64,000 nucleotides of DNA, taken from NCBI GenBank assembly GCA_965205605.1, contig CBDBHE010000008.1, positions 117,179 through 181,178 on the forward strand. The letters run 5' to 3'. The stretch's first letter is position 1. Each line of letters starts with the position of its first letter. The notes under the pieces are model-generated. The model ran no database searches, had not been told where the DNA came from, and saw only the letters and a list, made by a program, of their open reading frames with translations. This DNA is from Spirochaetota bacterium. Lineage in GTDB: Bacteria > Spirochaetota > UBA12135 > COTS27 > CBDBHE01. A program made the position numbers and the translations under genes. This document shows positions 62,093-64,000 of this stretch, in pieces.

Positions 62093-62761
62093 AGAAGGAT
62101 GTCTCGCTAAGCTAACAGAAATTGTACCCCCCATGACATTCTGTACACTGCCCAATAATAATCATCCAAATAAGGTTTGCCAATCCCATGACAAGCAACA
62201 CATCCTTTTACAATAGCCGATTTTCCTTTTTCTTTCCTTTCCTTCCTTCTAAAGCAGCTAATTGATTCTCAGGTCTTTTAACAGCCTCTTTATGATATTT
62301 CTCTCCATGAGCAATTTACTCAGAGGTAAAACCTTGATCCTCTCTAATAGTAGCCCAAGCAGGCATTCCATGACGACTACGATTAAATTGTTCGTACTCT
62401 GTTGCATGACATTGTGCACAGTTTTGAGAAGAAATTTCTTTTGAAAGTGAAAAGCCATGGGGTTCAAAAGACGGCTACCCTTTAAGAGAAAAATGACAGT
62501 TATAACAATTAACTCCTTTTTGTCTATGAACACTCTTTTAAAATTGATACACAATCGCAGGTGTTTCTCTTAAATGAAACATTCCACACATTTCTCTGTA
62601 GCTTTCAAATGCGCAAGAGCCCCATACTCTAAATCTTTATTTGGCCGAAAAAAAATGAAAAAGAAAGCTTAGAAAAATAATAAAAGATGAAATCGATACT
62701 GCTAAAAAAATAAATCTATAGTTTAAAAAAAAGAGCTTTTCCTGAGATTTTTTTTGTTCAT
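62093..62761 (-). pseudogene. 5' remnant of an HAO-like multiheme cytochrome c
   Basis: Five heme motifs: CVEC/H (62590, frameshifted), CYNCH (62507), CAQCH (62420), CVACH (62202), CTECH (62147); in-frame stops at 62540, 62477, 62318. Confidence 0.85.
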
Positions 62762-62856
62762 CTAAAACTTGTTTTAGGTTTATTTAAATCCTTTCAACAA
62801 TAAATCAAATAATTAACTTATTATACTAAGATACATATAAAAAAAAACATCTCTCA

Positions 62857-63666
62857 ATGATTAAAATAAAGCCTACCCTTACAAATTATTTCAAAAGTCT
62901 AACTCTTAAAATAAAAGCACTTAGGATAATAGTAAAAAAAATTCTATCCCTTCTACTCCCTATCCACTGTCACTATTGCAAAACCTTACTCTCTTCCAAA
63001 GAAGATAACACCGTTCTTTGTAATCAATGCATTGAAAAATTAGAAAGTGAAACCTTAAATAAAGAGCCTACTTGTCCTAGATGTTCTCACTCAAAAACAA
63101 AAACAAACTGTATTAGCTGTTTTGAAAAAAAGTATTTATTCAAAAAAAATACTTCTTTATTAAAAAACAAAGCACTTTCTCAACTACTTTTTTATGACTA
63201 TAAATTTAAACAAAAAAGAAGTCATATCCCCATACTAACTAACATTATTTTAAAACATTACAAACAATATTTATCTAATTTTGATGTCTACCTTCCTATT
63301 GTTTTAAATAAAAAAGAAACTTATTTACGAGAGTTTTGCCCTGTTTTAAGTATTGTCAAAAAAATCTCCAAAAAAACAAAAGTACCCATTATAAAAGCCA
63401 TTAAGAAAAAGCCTTCTGCAAAAACCAAGCAACGCTTTAAATCTAAAGAAGAAAGAGAAAATACCTATAAAGATTACCTCTTCATTAAAAAGAAAAAACA
63501 AAATCTAATCAATAAAAAAATCTTAATTATCGATGATATCTTCACAACAGGAGAAACCATTAATGCTTGTAGTCAGCATATAAGAGAAAATGTTAGCTGT
63601 AAAAAAATTGAAAGCTTTACTTTTTTAAGATCTCTTGTGATCAATAAAACTGAAAGCAAGCATTAA
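62857..63666 (+). CDS. comF: ComF-family protein (double zinc ribbon plus PRTase)
   Basis: Four CxxC motifs; ILIIDDIFTTGET. Confidence 0.85.
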   Translation: MIKIKPTLTNYFKSLTLKIKALRIIVKKILSLLLPIHCHYCKTLLSSKEDNTVLCNQCIEKLESETLNKEPTCPRCSHSKTKTNCISCFEKKYLFKKNTSLLKNKALSQLLFYDYKFKQKRSHIPILTNIILKHYKQYLSNFDVYLPIVLNKKETYLREFCPVLSIVKKISKKTKVPIIKAIKKKPSAKTKQRFKSKEERENTYKDYLFIKKKKQNLINKKILIIDDIFTTGETINACSQHIRENVSCKKIESFTFLRSLVINKTESKH

Positions 63667-63680
63667 GGTCAAACAAATAT

Positions 63681-64000
63681 TCAAACATTTGACCCTATTT
63701 TTTCTAGAACTTGATTTTCTCTAAACAAAGCAAAGTGAAAAAAAAAGTAAAAAATAAAACCAATAAAAATTATTGATAAAACACAAATTTTTAAATTACC
63801 TATATAACGATGATGATTTTGAAAAGCTAAAACAATATTAGGCTCTTGTAAAATAAAAAAAACACTGTGATTAATAATTGTTAAAAAATTTCCAAAAATA
63901 AAATTGAAATATTGAATAGGACAAATTAAAAGAAAGATCGTTATCGCCAGTGATAAGGTGATCATAAAGGGAATGAATAGGTTATAAACAATAGAAAAAT
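63681..64000 (-). CDS. 3' end of a hypothetical membrane protein running off the window
   Basis: Frame open to the window edge; hydrophobic segments. Confidence 0.45.
   Translation of the reverse strand, partial: FSIVYNLFIPFMITLSLAITIFLLICPIQYFNFIFGNFLTIINHSVFFILQEPNIVLAFQNHHRYIGNLKICVLSIIFIGFIFYFFFHFALFRENQVLEKIGSNV

Noticed and set aside
62221-62250. Purine/pyrimidine-skewed GGAA-like tract
   Set aside because: Looks like slippage expansion inside the pseudogene, not a functional repeat.
62316-62540. Stop-codon reassignment explaining in-frame TAA/TAG in the cytochrome gene
   Set aside because: Intact genes end normally at TAA, TAG and TGA with no internal stops, and this locus also has frameshifts and a deletion.
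62258-62554. ORF-track calls of 98 aa (minus) and 60 aa (plus)
   Set aside because: Off-frame or antisense shadows of the cytochrome pseudogene.
1-64000. CRISPR array, rRNA, transposase or prophage structural genes
   Set aside because: No regularly spaced repeats or matching motifs seen by eye; short or degenerate elements could have been missed.

Overview
Very AT-rich bacterial chromosomal segment, probably a spirochaete-like diderm (inferred from ribH-nusB-TPR order, two Maf/DUF115 genes, kdtA and a troABCD operon; not confirmed). Mostly housekeeping, envelope and transport genes: murG, pgeF, pyrD, rpiB, ribH, nusB, kdtA, a class B PBP, ettA, glyQS, accA, a CLC channel, RND/TolC, a sugar ABC transporter, troABCD, fumC, sodA, floA/nfeD, moaE and comF. 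The ORF track hides or misreads several elements: tRNA-Val(GAC) at 3080-3151; a 34-aa MetS-type small subunit gene; a decayed HAO-like multiheme cytochrome c gene fused by deletion to its membrane partner (61.5-62.8 kb); a decayed O-antigen ligase/polymerase gene; and back-to-back 5'-truncated HsdS-like and Bro-N/DinD genes. The best candidate for an intact, little-described system is a DtxR/IdeR-type repressor divergent from troABCD-fumC-sodA. It has a perfect 34-bp operator palindrome, and DtxR-like 19-bp boxes recur upstream of two distant genes. Several other genes carry only single-base homopolymer frameshifts that may be sequencing errors. All assignments come from motif recognition by eye; no searches were run.
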